64,000 nt of DNA from Candidatus Omnitrophota bacterium (GCA_903843285.1 CAIMPC010000068.1:1200-65199), one strand, 5' to 3'; numbered from the stretch's first letter, positions 27,837-37,787 are shown. Notes: generated by a model from the letters alone, not told the origin. Translations and numbers: made by a program.

Positions 27837-28721
27837 TTGCCCTTGAGTAATATTTGTGTTGGGGCAGATGTTCGGTTTAATATCGGCGGTGCCTCGATTC
27901 TGGTATCTGGGCCCAGCCATATGAAATTCAGGATTGACGAATCCTATAGCGGATTCACCGGTATATCGGAACCTGATATCGTTCTGTCCGTTCATGGTCC
28001 GGAAAAAAATATAGCCAAGTATATATCCGGTAGGTTGGTTTTCGATTCAGGTCTTACGTGGCGCCTGAACCGTGACAACGCCAGCCATATCTTCAGTTTC
28101 TACTCCCGGGATTTCGGAAAACTTCCTCATAAAGTAGCGGTGATAGATGAGGATTTCAAATCAGGCGATATCTTTCTCGGAGAAATAGCGGATAATATCT
28201 GTGAGCCTCTCGAATACCCCCTCGATGAAGTTTTAATGGTAAACCTTCTGGCCGCCGGCAGAGGTATCATGGCTCATGGATGTGGCATGAAGATGGGTGG
28301 AGATGGGCTCCTTTTTGTGGGTGTCTCTGGGAGCGGGAAGAGTACGATGGCGAAAATTGCCATGAAGGCTGCGCAAGCCAAAATCCTTAATGACGACAGA
28401 ACCGTTATACGAAAAATGGGCAGTGAATATTTTATTTACGGAACACCGTGGCATGGAGAGATCGATGAGTGTTGCCCGGACCATGCGCCGTTAAAAAAAC
28501 TCTTCTTTATAAAACATGCCAAAGACAATAAGATCCGGAAGCTTTCACCCGCAGATGCCGTCTCCCGCTTTATAAGCTGTTCCTTCCCGCCATTCTGGAG
28601 CGATAAGGGCATGGAATTTACGCTACAATTTTTGTCTGAACTTGTCAGCGACATTCCGGCCTATGAGCTCGGTTTCCTTCCCGACGAACGCGTCCTGGAA
28701 TTGATCGATAAAGATATATGA
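27837..28721 (+). CDS. HprK-related P-loop kinase
   Basis: AHGCG, GVSGSGKST, LNDDR, YGTPWHG. Exact start uncertain. Confidence 0.8.
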   Translation: MPLSNICVGADVRFNIGGASILVSGPSHMKFRIDESYSGFTGISEPDIVLSVHGPEKNIAKYISGRLVFDSGLTWRLNRDNASHIFSFYSRDFGKLPHKVAVIDEDFKSGDIFLGEIADNICEPLEYPLDEVLMVNLLAAGRGIMAHGCGMKMGGDGLLFVGVSGSGKSTMAKIAMKAAQAKILNDDRTVIRKMGSEYFIYGTPWHGEIDECCPDHAPLKKLFFIKHAKDNKIRKLSPADAVSRFISCSFPPFWSDKGMEFTLQFLSELVSDIPAYELGFLPDERVLELIDKDI

Positions 28722-30250
28722 AGTCCGATAGCTCGACTATCTTAGAGCTCACGGAAGAGATCCTGCGCAAAGGGAGCTCTATCCGCTTTAAGGCCACGGG
28801 CGCAAGTATGTACCCCTTCATCAGGGACGGCGATATCGTATGTGCCGAACCCATCGAACTCCGGAATATCGAATACGCCGACATAGTCCTATTTCGCACA
28901 CCCGCCGGAAAGATGGTAATACACCGCGTTATTAAGCTAAAAAAAGTGAATAAAGCAATAATTTCTATAGTGACTAAGGGAGACTCTTCGCTTGCTCCGG
29001 ATGGGGAGGTGTATCCGGAAGCAATACTCGGAAGGGTTGTGTCAGTCGAGAATCGCACCGGGGTGCTACGATTAGATAAAAAGATTCCGCGCTTTGCCAA
29101 TCTTCTTTATGCATCTCTCCTACCGCTCAGTAAATGGCCGTATCTTTTAATATCTGTGATCCTTAGACGAATAGAAAAGAGAGACGGGATGGTCGTCATT
29201 GCGAGTCCGCCATTGTTTCAGCGGCGGACGAAGCAATCTAAAAATCGAAATTGCGTCATCGGACAATGTGAAGACGACAGCCTTCTCGCAATGACAGCGT
29301 CCAGTGGAGGCGAAGCGCTACAGGACAATCGTCACTACATAAGTTCTTATAAGAGCATCATGATGCTTGAGCAGGCAAAGAAGGTGATCTCCGGATTTGA
29401 CGGCCTTAATATTCCGACGATAATCCTCAAAGGGATTTTTTTTGCAGAGAAGATCTATGGAGACATTGCCGCAAGGCTGATGACGGATATAGATATTCTT
29501 ATAGATAAGAAAGACCTTGCCGGCGCAGATGCAATTTTATGCGCCTTAGGATATAGCCAGCCGCCACAGTATAAAGATTTTCTCAATAATTGCGCACCGT
29601 GTCCGGTTAACAGTATCATGTATTTTGCCAATGACAGAACGAAGCCGGCTGTTCACATACATTGGCATCTAATAAATTCTACGTGGCCGCTCGACGCTCT
29701 GGTCGAGAAATTTGATATGGGCAGGGTCTGGCAGTCTTCAGGCGACACAGAGATCAACGGTATCCCGACGCGCGCGCTTTCGCCCGAGCATCTCGTCATA
29801 TACTCCGCATATCACGGACTGCACCATTCATTCGATAAACCCGCGATGGTCTCCGATATTATAGAGTTAATAAAATTCTACGGTAACCGTATAGATTGGA
29901 ATATTGTCAGGGAAGAGTGCGACAGATCGGGCCTTAAATTTATTGTATATGCAGCCCTTAAGCATGCCATGACGGTTTCGGGATCTGATATTTCAGAGAT
30001 AGAGAAAGTAAGGCCAAAATATTTTGGGGCTATAGATAGAGCGGTACTGAAAAGTGTAAAAGACGGTAGAAGTAGCTATAAAATATCATATTTTGCGTTT
30101 TTATCTGCCCAAAAGGGCGCGTGGGGGAAGTTAGTCTTTTTATTCAGGACGATATTTCCGTCTCGGATCGTTATGTCGCATAATCTGCGTATTCCGGCAT
30201 CTCAAGTGAGAGTGCGTCATTATTTATCGCGTATGGCCTGCAGTCGTTAA
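28718..30250 (+). CDS. S24/S26-family peptidase fused to an NTP_transf_5 nucleotidyltransferase
   Basis: N-terminal GASMYPFIRDGD, HRV, TKGD; C-terminal ILKG...IY...ARLMTDIDIL, HIHW. Confidence 0.85.
   Translation: MKSDSSTILELTEEILRKGSSIRFKATGASMYPFIRDGDIVCAEPIELRNIEYADIVLFRTPAGKMVIHRVIKLKKVNKAIISIVTKGDSSLAPDGEVYPEAILGRVVSVENRTGVLRLDKKIPRFANLLYASLLPLSKWPYLLISVILRRIEKRDGMVVIASPPLFQRRTKQSKNRNCVIGQCEDDSLLAMTASSGGEALQDNRHYISSYKSIMMLEQAKKVISGFDGLNIPTIILKGIFFAEKIYGDIAARLMTDIDILIDKKDLAGADAILCALGYSQPPQYKDFLNNCAPCPVNSIMYFANDRTKPAVHIHWHLINSTWPLDALVEKFDMGRVWQSSGDTEINGIPTRALSPEHLVIYSAYHGLHHSFDKPAMVSDIIELIKFYGNRIDWNIVREECDRSGLKFIVYAALKHAMTVSGSDISEIEKVRPKYFGAIDRAVLKSVKDGRSSYKISYFAFLSAQKGAWGKLVFLFRTIFPSRIVMSHNLRIPASQVRVRHYLSRMACSR
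29195..29295. repeat. Palindromic element translated in frame inside the CDS
   Basis: gtcattgcgag ... ctcgcaatgac terminal inverted repeat; inner gtccgcc/ggcggac hairpin; gaagcaatct core; encodes VIASPPLFQRRTKQS...LLAMT. Confidence 0.85.
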
Positions 30251-30253
30251 CCT

Positions 30254-30934
30254 TCAAGGCTTCTTATTCCTCCAAATCACCGTCCTGCCATTATTGAGCT
30301 CGGTTTCGAATTCAAGCCAGGGGGCCTCATCAAACAAATATCGATATTGAGGACAGTAGTAGACCGTGTGCGCTCTTCTTGGAGATTTTTCCAGGGAGAA
30401 TTTTATATTATCGAGAACCTTTGCCATGGTATTATGACCGAAGGGGTTATAAAAGAAGAATACGGTACCCAGGTCGATGTTATATGTGGCGGCGTCATGC
30501 GCCACGATCTCGACCGGACAATTAAGTGTCTTAGCGTTTTGCAGATTCTGTCCGGCGACAGCCAGTAATCTCTCGTCCAGCTCTACGCCTATCGCTTTCT
30601 TCAGGTTCTCCGATGCCGCCACAAATAAGGCGCGCCCTTTCCCACAGCCAAGATCTATAAAAACATCTTCCGGAGTCATCTTAAGATAGTCGATTATCCG
30701 TCTCATGTCGGCATACGGTGCGGGTACGTGAGATATCATATCTCTGTGGAGGCTGTTGTCACGCCATAATTGACATTCACCAGTCTCGATTCCGAGGCGC
30801 TTATCCTCATAATGATCTTTGTAGATAGTAGAGATGCGCAATATCTGCCAGTAAAATGCCATCCAGATTTGCAGAAATAGGTTTTTGAACTCCCGCAGAA
30901 GTTTATAGACGAGACTATTCTTTAAATCATCCAT
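30254..30934 (-). CDS. Class I SAM-dependent methyltransferase
   Basis: FIDLGCGKGR, GVELD, FFYNPF. Confidence 0.85.
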   Translation of the reverse strand: MDDLKNSLVYKLLREFKNLFLQIWMAFYWQILRISTIYKDHYEDKRLGIETGECQLWRDNSLHRDMISHVPAPYADMRRIIDYLKMTPEDVFIDLGCGKGRALFVAASENLKKAIGVELDERLLAVAGQNLQNAKTLNCPVEIVAHDAATYNIDLGTVFFFYNPFGHNTMAKVLDNIKFSLEKSPRRAHTVYYCPQYRYLFDEAPWLEFETELNNGRTVIWRNKKP

Positions 30935-30948
30935 TGTGCACCTTATCT

Positions 30949-31755
30949 TTAATATTGGGCCAGACTTCCTTCTCGCCGGGCTTTATTAATGCTGTACTTA
31001 AACAGGCAGAGGCTTATAGGAAGAAGCACTATGATGAATAGAAGTAGAAATCCTATCTCCTTATACAACTGCACAAGCGTGTATCCTTTATAAACCGAAA
31101 ACTCGATGGCTCTTATCGCGTAGGTGATGGGCAAAAACTGCGCGAGGAGTTGTAGCCAGGATGGAAGGACCGTTATGGGGAAGTAGACTCCGCTTATGAG
31201 GCCTTCGAGGCTCGAGACTATCCATCCGAATGGGTTACCTCGTTTAAAGATCATTATGAAGCACGCTGAAATTATTCCAAGGCATCCGAATGAGAGTATG
31301 GTCAGAATAAATACTACTATCGTCGACAGTATATTGGTATGAGCAAAATTGACTTTAAATAAGAATACGGCAAGTAATATGTATATGGCCATGTCGATCG
31401 TGGCCAGGACGAGGTTCCATAGTGTAAGCGATAAGAGTATCGTCGATATCTTGGTAGGAGTTACTAATACGGCCTCGAGAGTGCCCTGCATTTGTTCGCC
31501 CCGTATGCGATCGGAAAATGAGCCAAGCCCGACGCCGACGTAACCGAAGAACGCCATGCTCACCAAAACATAAGAGAAGTAATTGACTCCGAATTCCTCG
31601 AGATGCGGTGTTATGCGGCTCCCAAACAGCCTGTCGATGAAAAAATAACCAAGGATGCTAACGAATATTCCGAAGAAATTAAAGAGGAAGGCCATGCCGT
31701 AGCTCGACTCCATCAGGAAGTCTTTTTTTAAGAAAGCGATAGGTTTTCTTAGCAT
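30949..31755 (-). CDS. ABC-2 type transporter permease
   Basis: EQMQGTLEAVLVTP, SGVYFPI, LPITYAI; about 6 TM helices. Confidence 0.88.
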   Translation of the reverse strand: MLRKPIAFLKKDFLMESSYGMAFLFNFFGIFVSILGYFFIDRLFGSRITPHLEEFGVNYFSYVLVSMAFFGYVGVGLGSFSDRIRGEQMQGTLEAVLVTPTKISTILLSLTLWNLVLATIDMAIYILLAVFLFKVNFAHTNILSTIVVFILTILSFGCLGIISACFIMIFKRGNPFGWIVSSLEGLISGVYFPITVLPSWLQLLAQFLPITYAIRAIEFSVYKGYTLVQLYKEIGFLLLFIIVLLPISLCLFKYSINKARREGSLAQY

Positions 31756-32549
31756 TATTTCGCCCCTCCGGTAAGGCGGACGAATATTTCGCCAAGTGAG
31801 GCCGTAGGTAAATTAGTTTCCGCCCGTAATTCTTCCAGCGTTCCGTAAGCGAAAAGCTTGCCTTCATGCAGTATCATAAATATGCCGCCGAAGTCGATAG
31901 CCTCGTCCATGTGATGTGTTGTGAATATAACGGTCTTTCCGTGCTTCTTTACGAGAACGTCCTTAATGAAGTTTCTTAGCTCGAGTGATGAGGCGTAGTC
32001 GAGACTCTTTGTCGGCTCGTCGAGTAACAGGATCTCGGGGTCATGGATGAGCGCGCGCATCAGCGCGAACTTTTGCTGCATGCCGGTCGAGTATGAGTCG
32101 AAGCGTTTATCCTGGTAGGTGACGCCGAATAGCTCGAGCAGCTCTTTTATGCGTTCGGCGGCCTGTTTCTTACCGAGTGAGTACATCGCGGCGAAGAAGT
32201 CGAGGTTCTGCCGCCCGCTCAGGCGCCAGTAGAAACTTCGCTCGCCCGATGTCGCGAGGCCGACGGATGCCTTTATCCGCTCATCATTCTCCCCGAGAAT
32301 CTGGCCGTTGACCTTCACAGATCCCTTGTCGGGGAGGATCAGCGTCGAGATGATCTTTAACAGGGTAGTCTTGCCGGCACCGTTTGGTCCGAGTATGCCG
32401 AGCGTAGAACCTTTGGTGAGCGTAAGCGAGAGTCCGTCGAGTGCGCGTGTGGCGCTCGGCCGTCTGAGCCCGGAGCTGAGCAGTCCCGACAGCGAGAATG
32501 CGGGGGAGAAGTCCTTAGTGACGCCATTAACTTCAAGTATCGTCTCCAT
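31755..32549 (-). CDS. ABC transporter ATP-binding protein
   Basis: GPNGAGKT, YSTGMQQK, LLLDEPT, TTH. Confidence 0.92.
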   Translation of the reverse strand: METILEVNGVTKDFSPAFSLSGLLSSGLRRPSATRALDGLSLTLTKGSTLGILGPNGAGKTTLLKIISTLILPDKGSVKVNGQILGENDERIKASVGLATSGERSFYWRLSGRQNLDFFAAMYSLGKKQAAERIKELLELFGVTYQDKRFDSYSTGMQQKFALMRALIHDPEILLLDEPTKSLDYASSLELRNFIKDVLVKKHGKTVIFTTHHMDEAIDFGGIFMILHEGKLFAYGTLEELRAETNLPTASLGEIFVRLTGGAK

Positions 32550-32731
32550 GTGCTTTCGAGTCTAACAAATAATCCGCGTTCAGTCAACCGCGAACAAGAG
32601 AAAGTATCCTTCATGGCTCCTACCGCTCTCCCGCGGCGTTTACTTTTGTAACTGCCTTCCGCCGCTTGAATCCCTGCGCTTCCCTACCTTACAAATTAAT
32701 CAATTGAACAAAGACAATTCTCTTAACGCCC

Positions 32732-32760
32732 TTGATAATTCTATAATTGTATGATATCTT
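32732..32760 (+). promoter_or_regulatory. Putative sigma70 promoter for wzc
   Basis: TTGATA-17bp-TATCTT with a TG extension, in AT-rich divergent intergenic DNA. Confidence 0.45.
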
Positions 32761-32786
32761 CTACATAATAGTATCTATGGAGTAAG

Positions 32787-34715
32787 ATGCCAAAATACGA
32801 ATTGAATGTCCGTGACTACCTGCGTATCCTTCGTAAGCGAAGGCTGGTAGTCATTGTCACGTTTATAGCAGTTCTCATAGGTACGGTTATCTATATATCC
32901 ACTCAGCCCGTCATCTACGACGCCAGCACCACAATCAAAATAGAAGAACGGAAGACCGTATCGGGTTTACTCACCGAGTGGGTACTTTATAGCCCTGCCG
33001 ACGTTATGGAGTCCGAGACGAAGCTCATAAAAGGTTACGAGATCATGAAGCAGACAGCGATCCGTCTGGGAATGATCAACGAACAATCGGATCTTGACAA
33101 TATCAACCGGGCCGTAGGAGAACTGCAGGGTGCTGTAACTACCGAGAGGGTTGGCGGTACCAATATGATCCGTATTATGGTGACTGCCGATACGGCGAAG
33201 AAGGCAATGGAGATTGCTAACGGCGTAACCGAGACCTATATGGTGGAGAACCTGAAAGATAAGGCCAAGCAGGTGAAGCATGCGAGGCTCTTTATAGAGG
33301 AACAATTGACCTCCCTCGAGAACAGGATGAAGACAGCGGAAGATAAAATACGGCTAATAGGCGAAAATTTCGGAGATGTCAGGTTGGCTGAGCCGATAGA
33401 GAAGAAGCTGAACGAACTGCAATTCGATCTGGCGGAGGCAAGCCAGAAATACACCGAGAAACACCCCAGGGTAATACAACTCAGAGAGCAGATAGTCGAT
33501 ATAGAGGCACAGATAAAGGGATTCTCGGGTAAGGAGATCGAATATGCGAGGCTTATCCGCGAGACTGATGTAAATAAAAAATTATATGCGATGCTAAGAG
33601 AAAAGCTCGAAGAGGCCAGAATAACGGAGGCCCAGAAAGTCAGCGATATATCTGTGGTCGATCCGGCCGTTATGCCACTGGCACCTATCTCTACAAATAA
33701 ACATCTGGCTTTGATAGTGGGTATGGTGATGGGAACTGTCTTAGGTGCTTCCTTAGCATTCGTGGTCGAGACCCTGGATACGTCTATAAGCACGATCGAG
33801 GACGTTGAAAGCATGGTCAAGCTGAGAGTGCTCGGCGTAGTCCCGCCGCTTGGCAGGGAGGCCAAATTGAAGCGCGGCTTTTTCAGAGACCTTAAGGAGA
33901 GGATATTTCCTACGGACAATATCCATAGGGATACAGAGGAACCCATATATCTTATAGCGCACTTCGAGCCGAATTCTACTGCCGCGGAAGCATTCCGCAA
34001 TATCCAGACGAATCTAAAGCTCGACCCTACTCAGAAGACGATATTAATAACCAGTTCGGGCCCGAGGGAAGGAAAGTCGAGCATCTCATCGAATCTCGCG
34101 GTGGTTATGGCGCAATCAGGTCTTAGAACGCTTTTAGTATCGGCTGATCTCAGGAGACCAGCACTCGACAAAGTCTTCGGCATAAAACGCGAGCCCGGCA
34201 TGAACGAATATATTACCGGCTCGGCCAGCCTGAAAGAGGTGTTGAATGGTATAGTGGATATAATGGTCGGCGAGATGGACTTTGACGATATTCGTAAGAC
34301 CCCCGGCTTGGATAATATATCGATCATACCTTCCGGCAGACTTTCGTATAATCCGGCTGAGATATTGAAATCGAAGGAAGTTAAGAACCTGATTGAGAAG
34401 GTGAAGAACAGATACGACCTGATAATATTTGACGCACCCCCGGTACTGCCCGTAACCGATGCGAGCCTTCTGGCTCCCACGATGGACTGCGTGGTGCTGA
34501 TATATGAGATCGGACGGACCAGCCGCGAAGCGTTGATACGTACGAAGATACAGCTGGAATCCGTAGGCGCGAAGATAACGGGAGTCGTCCTGAACCACAC
34601 CCAACCCGAAACGGAAGCTGTGATGTCATATCCCTACTACAAATACAGGTACGGATATGCGTCGAAGGAGAGCCCTTTTAATAGAGCGGAAAACAAGACC
34701 AAAACGAGAGTTTAG
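32787..34715 (+). CDS. wzc: Polysaccharide co-polymerase / tyrosine autokinase
   Basis: Two TM helices, YTEKHP.V, AEAFRNI, SSGPREGKS, ADLRRP, FDAPPVL, C-terminal Tyr cluster YPYYKYRYGY. Confidence 0.92.
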   Translation: MPKYELNVRDYLRILRKRRLVVIVTFIAVLIGTVIYISTQPVIYDASTTIKIEERKTVSGLLTEWVLYSPADVMESETKLIKGYEIMKQTAIRLGMINEQSDLDNINRAVGELQGAVTTERVGGTNMIRIMVTADTAKKAMEIANGVTETYMVENLKDKAKQVKHARLFIEEQLTSLENRMKTAEDKIRLIGENFGDVRLAEPIEKKLNELQFDLAEASQKYTEKHPRVIQLREQIVDIEAQIKGFSGKEIEYARLIRETDVNKKLYAMLREKLEEARITEAQKVSDISVVDPAVMPLAPISTNKHLALIVGMVMGTVLGASLAFVVETLDTSISTIEDVESMVKLRVLGVVPPLGREAKLKRGFFRDLKERIFPTDNIHRDTEEPIYLIAHFEPNSTAAEAFRNIQTNLKLDPTQKTILITSSGPREGKSSISSNLAVVMAQSGLRTLLVSADLRRPALDKVFGIKREPGMNEYITGSASLKEVLNGIVDIMVGEMDFDDIRKTPGLDNISIIPSGRLSYNPAEILKSKEVKNLIEKVKNRYDLIIFDAPPVLPVTDASLLAPTMDCVVLIYEIGRTSREALIRTKIQLESVGAKITGVVLNHTQPETEAVMSYPYYKYRYGYASKESPFNRAENKTKTRV

Positions 34716-34776
34716 CGAATGGATAAATGATATGCTGTTGGTGCTTGGTCACGAGTAAGCGGTATGTGTAAAGGCG

Positions 34777-34800
34777 GGGGCTGTCAAAGCCCCTTTATTA
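34777..34800 (+). terminator. Possible intrinsic terminator/attenuator inside the operon
   Basis: GGGGCT-gtcaa-AGCCCC-TTTATTA between wzc and the wzy-like gene. Confidence 0.5.
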
Positions 34801-34819
34801 GTTTAAGGACTCATATATC

Positions 34820-36190
34820 ATGCTGAATAACAGTAAGGGCCAGGTAGCGTTTACGATCGTAGGTATACTTCTCTTCGTCGCCACGATGCTTCTCCTCACT
34901 ATGATGGGCATCCCGCTCAATATCTCCACGGCGATCCTTATCGGCGGCCTGATATTCGTCATATCGTTCGTAAATACGGATCTCGCTCTCATAATCCTCA
35001 TATTCACGATGCTTCTCTCTCCGGAATTCACCGCGGGCGAGGCTGCGGGTAGATCGATTAAGATCCGTGCTGATGACATATTCATAATAATCATATTTTT
35101 AGGTTGGCTGGCCAAAATGGCTATCAATAAAGAATTAGGTCTTTTAAGAGCCACGAGACTTAATTCTGCGATCATGTCATATATAGTCATATGCGTACTC
35201 GTTAGCGCTATTGCCGTAATAGAAGGCAGGGTAAAACTGCGTTCATCGATCTTTTACCTTCTGAAATATATAGAGTACTTTATCATCTTCTTCATGGTAA
35301 CGAATAATTTAAAGACCGTGGTCCAGGCCAAAAAATATATATTTTACCTTCTATTGACATGCTTTATCGTCAATATTTACGCCCTGGTCAGTGGTTCAAT
35401 AAGCGGAAGAGTCAGCGCGCCGTTTGAGTCGGGAGCGGGAGGCGAGCCGAATACATATGCGGGATATCTTATCATCATGATGTCGCTTACGCTTGGGCTT
35501 ATATTTAATGCATCGCCAGGTAGAAAACGGTTGGCCCTGGTATGTCTTCTAGGTATGTCGGCGGTTGCGCTTCTCCAAACATTATCGCGGAGTGGGTGGT
35601 TGGGTTTCTTTGTCGCGTTGGCGGCATTTATTTACTTCAACAAGAAGCACAGAATCATCATGATAGCGGTGCTGCTGGCTTCAATTGTTATTATTCCACT
35701 CATCGCGCCTAAAGCTGTATACCAACGGGTAAGTGATACGTTCGTGACTTGGAAGACTTATAAGGTCATGGGATCAAGGATAGGTCTGGATGAATCGGCA
35801 TCGACACGAATAGAGTCATGGAAGGTAGGATTTAAGCGCTGGGCGAAACGACCGATATTAGGCTTCGGCATACCGGCCGGAGTCACGATAGATAACCAGT
35901 ATACGCGCGTCTTGAATGAGACGGGATTAGTAGGCTTTACGGCCTTCTGCCTTATCTTATTTGCCATATTCAGATCGGCGTATTCTGTCTATACGTCTAT
36001 GTACGACAATGATTTCGCGCAGGCGATTAGCATAGGGTTTCTGTCGGGCTTTATGGGGTTATTGCTATTCTCGGCCGCCGCCGCAACCTTCATCATCATC
36101 CGCATCATGGAACCTTTTTGGTTCATAGTCGCCATTATAGCGGTGTTGCCGGAGCTGGAGACCGAGGGTGTGGGGGCCGACGTTATATGA
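34820..36190 (+). CDS. O-antigen ligase/polymerase family protein (Wzy_C)
   Basis: Many TM helices; EPNTYAGY, TLSRSGW, R..SW, PILGFG, DNQY. Confidence 0.85.
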   Translation: MLNNSKGQVAFTIVGILLFVATMLLLTMMGIPLNISTAILIGGLIFVISFVNTDLALIILIFTMLLSPEFTAGEAAGRSIKIRADDIFIIIIFLGWLAKMAINKELGLLRATRLNSAIMSYIVICVLVSAIAVIEGRVKLRSSIFYLLKYIEYFIIFFMVTNNLKTVVQAKKYIFYLLLTCFIVNIYALVSGSISGRVSAPFESGAGGEPNTYAGYLIIMMSLTLGLIFNASPGRKRLALVCLLGMSAVALLQTLSRSGWLGFFVALAAFIYFNKKHRIIMIAVLLASIVIIPLIAPKAVYQRVSDTFVTWKTYKVMGSRIGLDESASTRIESWKVGFKRWAKRPILGFGIPAGVTIDNQYTRVLNETGLVGFTAFCLILFAIFRSAYSVYTSMYDNDFAQAISIGFLSGFMGLLLFSAAAATFIIIRIMEPFWFIVAIIAVLPELETEGVGADVI

Positions 36191-37776
36191 AGACCAGCCA
36201 CGCAGCGCAGGGCAGTATCTCCGGTAAGATTATGAAGAACACAGCTTATAACATATTGGGAAAGCTGTGGTGGATCCTGATAGCGATTTTTCTGACCCCG
36301 TATATAGTCTCGAAGATCGGCATAGAGCGATTCGGTGTCTGGGCGATAGTGGGCGTTATCACGGGTTATTTTGGGCTTCTCGATTTTGGAATAGGGATGT
36401 CATTTATTAAATATATAGCCGAGTTTCACACGAAGGGCGAGTATGATAAGATAAACCGACTTATCGACACGGGCTTCACTCTATACGCGATATTTGCCTT
36501 TATGTGCTTTTCTCTGGTATTCATTCTCAGAGGTCCGATCCTTAAATTATTGAATGTTCCAGTTTACCTTCATCACGAAGCCGGCATAGTTTTGCTGATA
36601 GGAATCGCTCTCTTTGGCGCAGCTAATGCGATGAGTCCTTTCCTGGCTATCCAGGGAGGATTACAGCGCATGGACATATCCAATAAGATCGGGATCGGGC
36701 TGTCCGTGATAAATATCGCCGGAACGGTATATTTTTTGGAGTGCGGTTACGGGATCATAGGCCTGATGGTGAACAATGTTATAGTATTCACCGTGATGGC
36801 CGTTATCAACGTGATCGCCGCCCATAAGCTCATTCCGGCTATACGCTTCAGAGCCTTCCATCTCGACAAGTTAATATTTAGGAAGTTGTTCAGCTTCGGA
36901 TATAATATGCAGATCTCCAAGATCTCCGGCCTAATATCGGCCCAGACCGATAAGATCCTGATATCCTGTTTCCTATCCATCGGACTGGTAACATTTTATC
37001 AACTGGGCAGTTCCATCGTTTATAACGCATGCTCGTTCGCCTATGTGCTATCCTCGGCGCTGATGCCGGCATTCTCCGAAATAGATGCTCTCGGCGATAG
37101 GGCCAGGCTTGTCGAGGCGTATTTGAGGAGTGTAAAGTACCTGAGCTTTTTCACTGTCCCGGTATTCATATTCATGGCCATCTCGGCAGGAGAGATAATG
37201 TTCATATGGATGGGGTTCGGGTACGGCCAATCAGTACTTGTCATACAGGTACTGGCGTTTGCACTCCTAGTATACACGCTCGCGCAATCCTCATCATCGG
37301 TGTCGGCGGCCATCGGTAAGCCGCAGCTTCTGGCGATGGGCTCACTTATCATAATATTCCTGAACGTGATATTGAGCGCGGTATTCATAAAGGCCTTCGG
37401 CTTCCTGGGAGCGGCCTGGGGAACGCTGATAGCTGTGAATGTGGGTACGGTATATTTTCTGAACCAGTTGCATAAAGATATAAGAGTCAGCACCCGGTCT
37501 TATATAGGCACGACTGTGCCTTTCTTCCTGGCGTGCGCCGCGGCGACGGCCGTAATATTTGTCGTATGGAATATTCTCGGACGCTTTGTTAATTTCTCCG
37601 GTATTGGGAGGTTATGGTCCATGGCGTTCTTCCTTGCCAGAGGGACAATATTCCTACTTACTTATTTCTTATGCGTGAAGGCGCTCTCGCCGTTCCGGGC
37701 GAAAGAGCTCGAGGTGATAAGAGAGAAGATACCGGTTCTCGGGTCGGTAATGGTTAAGATGATAAGCCGTCAATAA
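36187..37776 (+). CDS. wzx: Wzx-type flippase
   Basis: LLDFGIG, DKILI, many TM helices. Start MKTSH overlaps the upstream stop (ATGA). Confidence 0.85.
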   Translation: MKTSHAAQGSISGKIMKNTAYNILGKLWWILIAIFLTPYIVSKIGIERFGVWAIVGVITGYFGLLDFGIGMSFIKYIAEFHTKGEYDKINRLIDTGFTLYAIFAFMCFSLVFILRGPILKLLNVPVYLHHEAGIVLLIGIALFGAANAMSPFLAIQGGLQRMDISNKIGIGLSVINIAGTVYFLECGYGIIGLMVNNVIVFTVMAVINVIAAHKLIPAIRFRAFHLDKLIFRKLFSFGYNMQISKISGLISAQTDKILISCFLSIGLVTFYQLGSSIVYNACSFAYVLSSALMPAFSEIDALGDRARLVEAYLRSVKYLSFFTVPVFIFMAISAGEIMFIWMGFGYGQSVLVIQVLAFALLVYTLAQSSSSVSAAIGKPQLLAMGSLIIIFLNVILSAVFIKAFGFLGAAWGTLIAVNVGTVYFLNQLHKDIRVSTRSYIGTTVPFFLACAAATAVIFVVWNILGRFVNFSGIGRLWSMAFFLARGTIFLLTYFLCVKALSPFRAKELEVIREKIPVLGSVMVKMISRQ

Positions 37777-37787
37777 AGGGGACGCTC

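Noticed and set aside
26260-30250. Classical lasso peptide cluster
   Set aside because: No asparagine-synthetase-like cyclase or B2 protease; the core lacks Asp/Glu for the macrolactam and the leader lacks Thr at -2.
32357-32614. Minus-strand ORF MKDTFSCS... with an AGGAG RBS as a possible extra precursor
   Set aside because: Mostly overlaps the ABC ATPase in another frame and has no leader motif; not fully excluded but unsupported.
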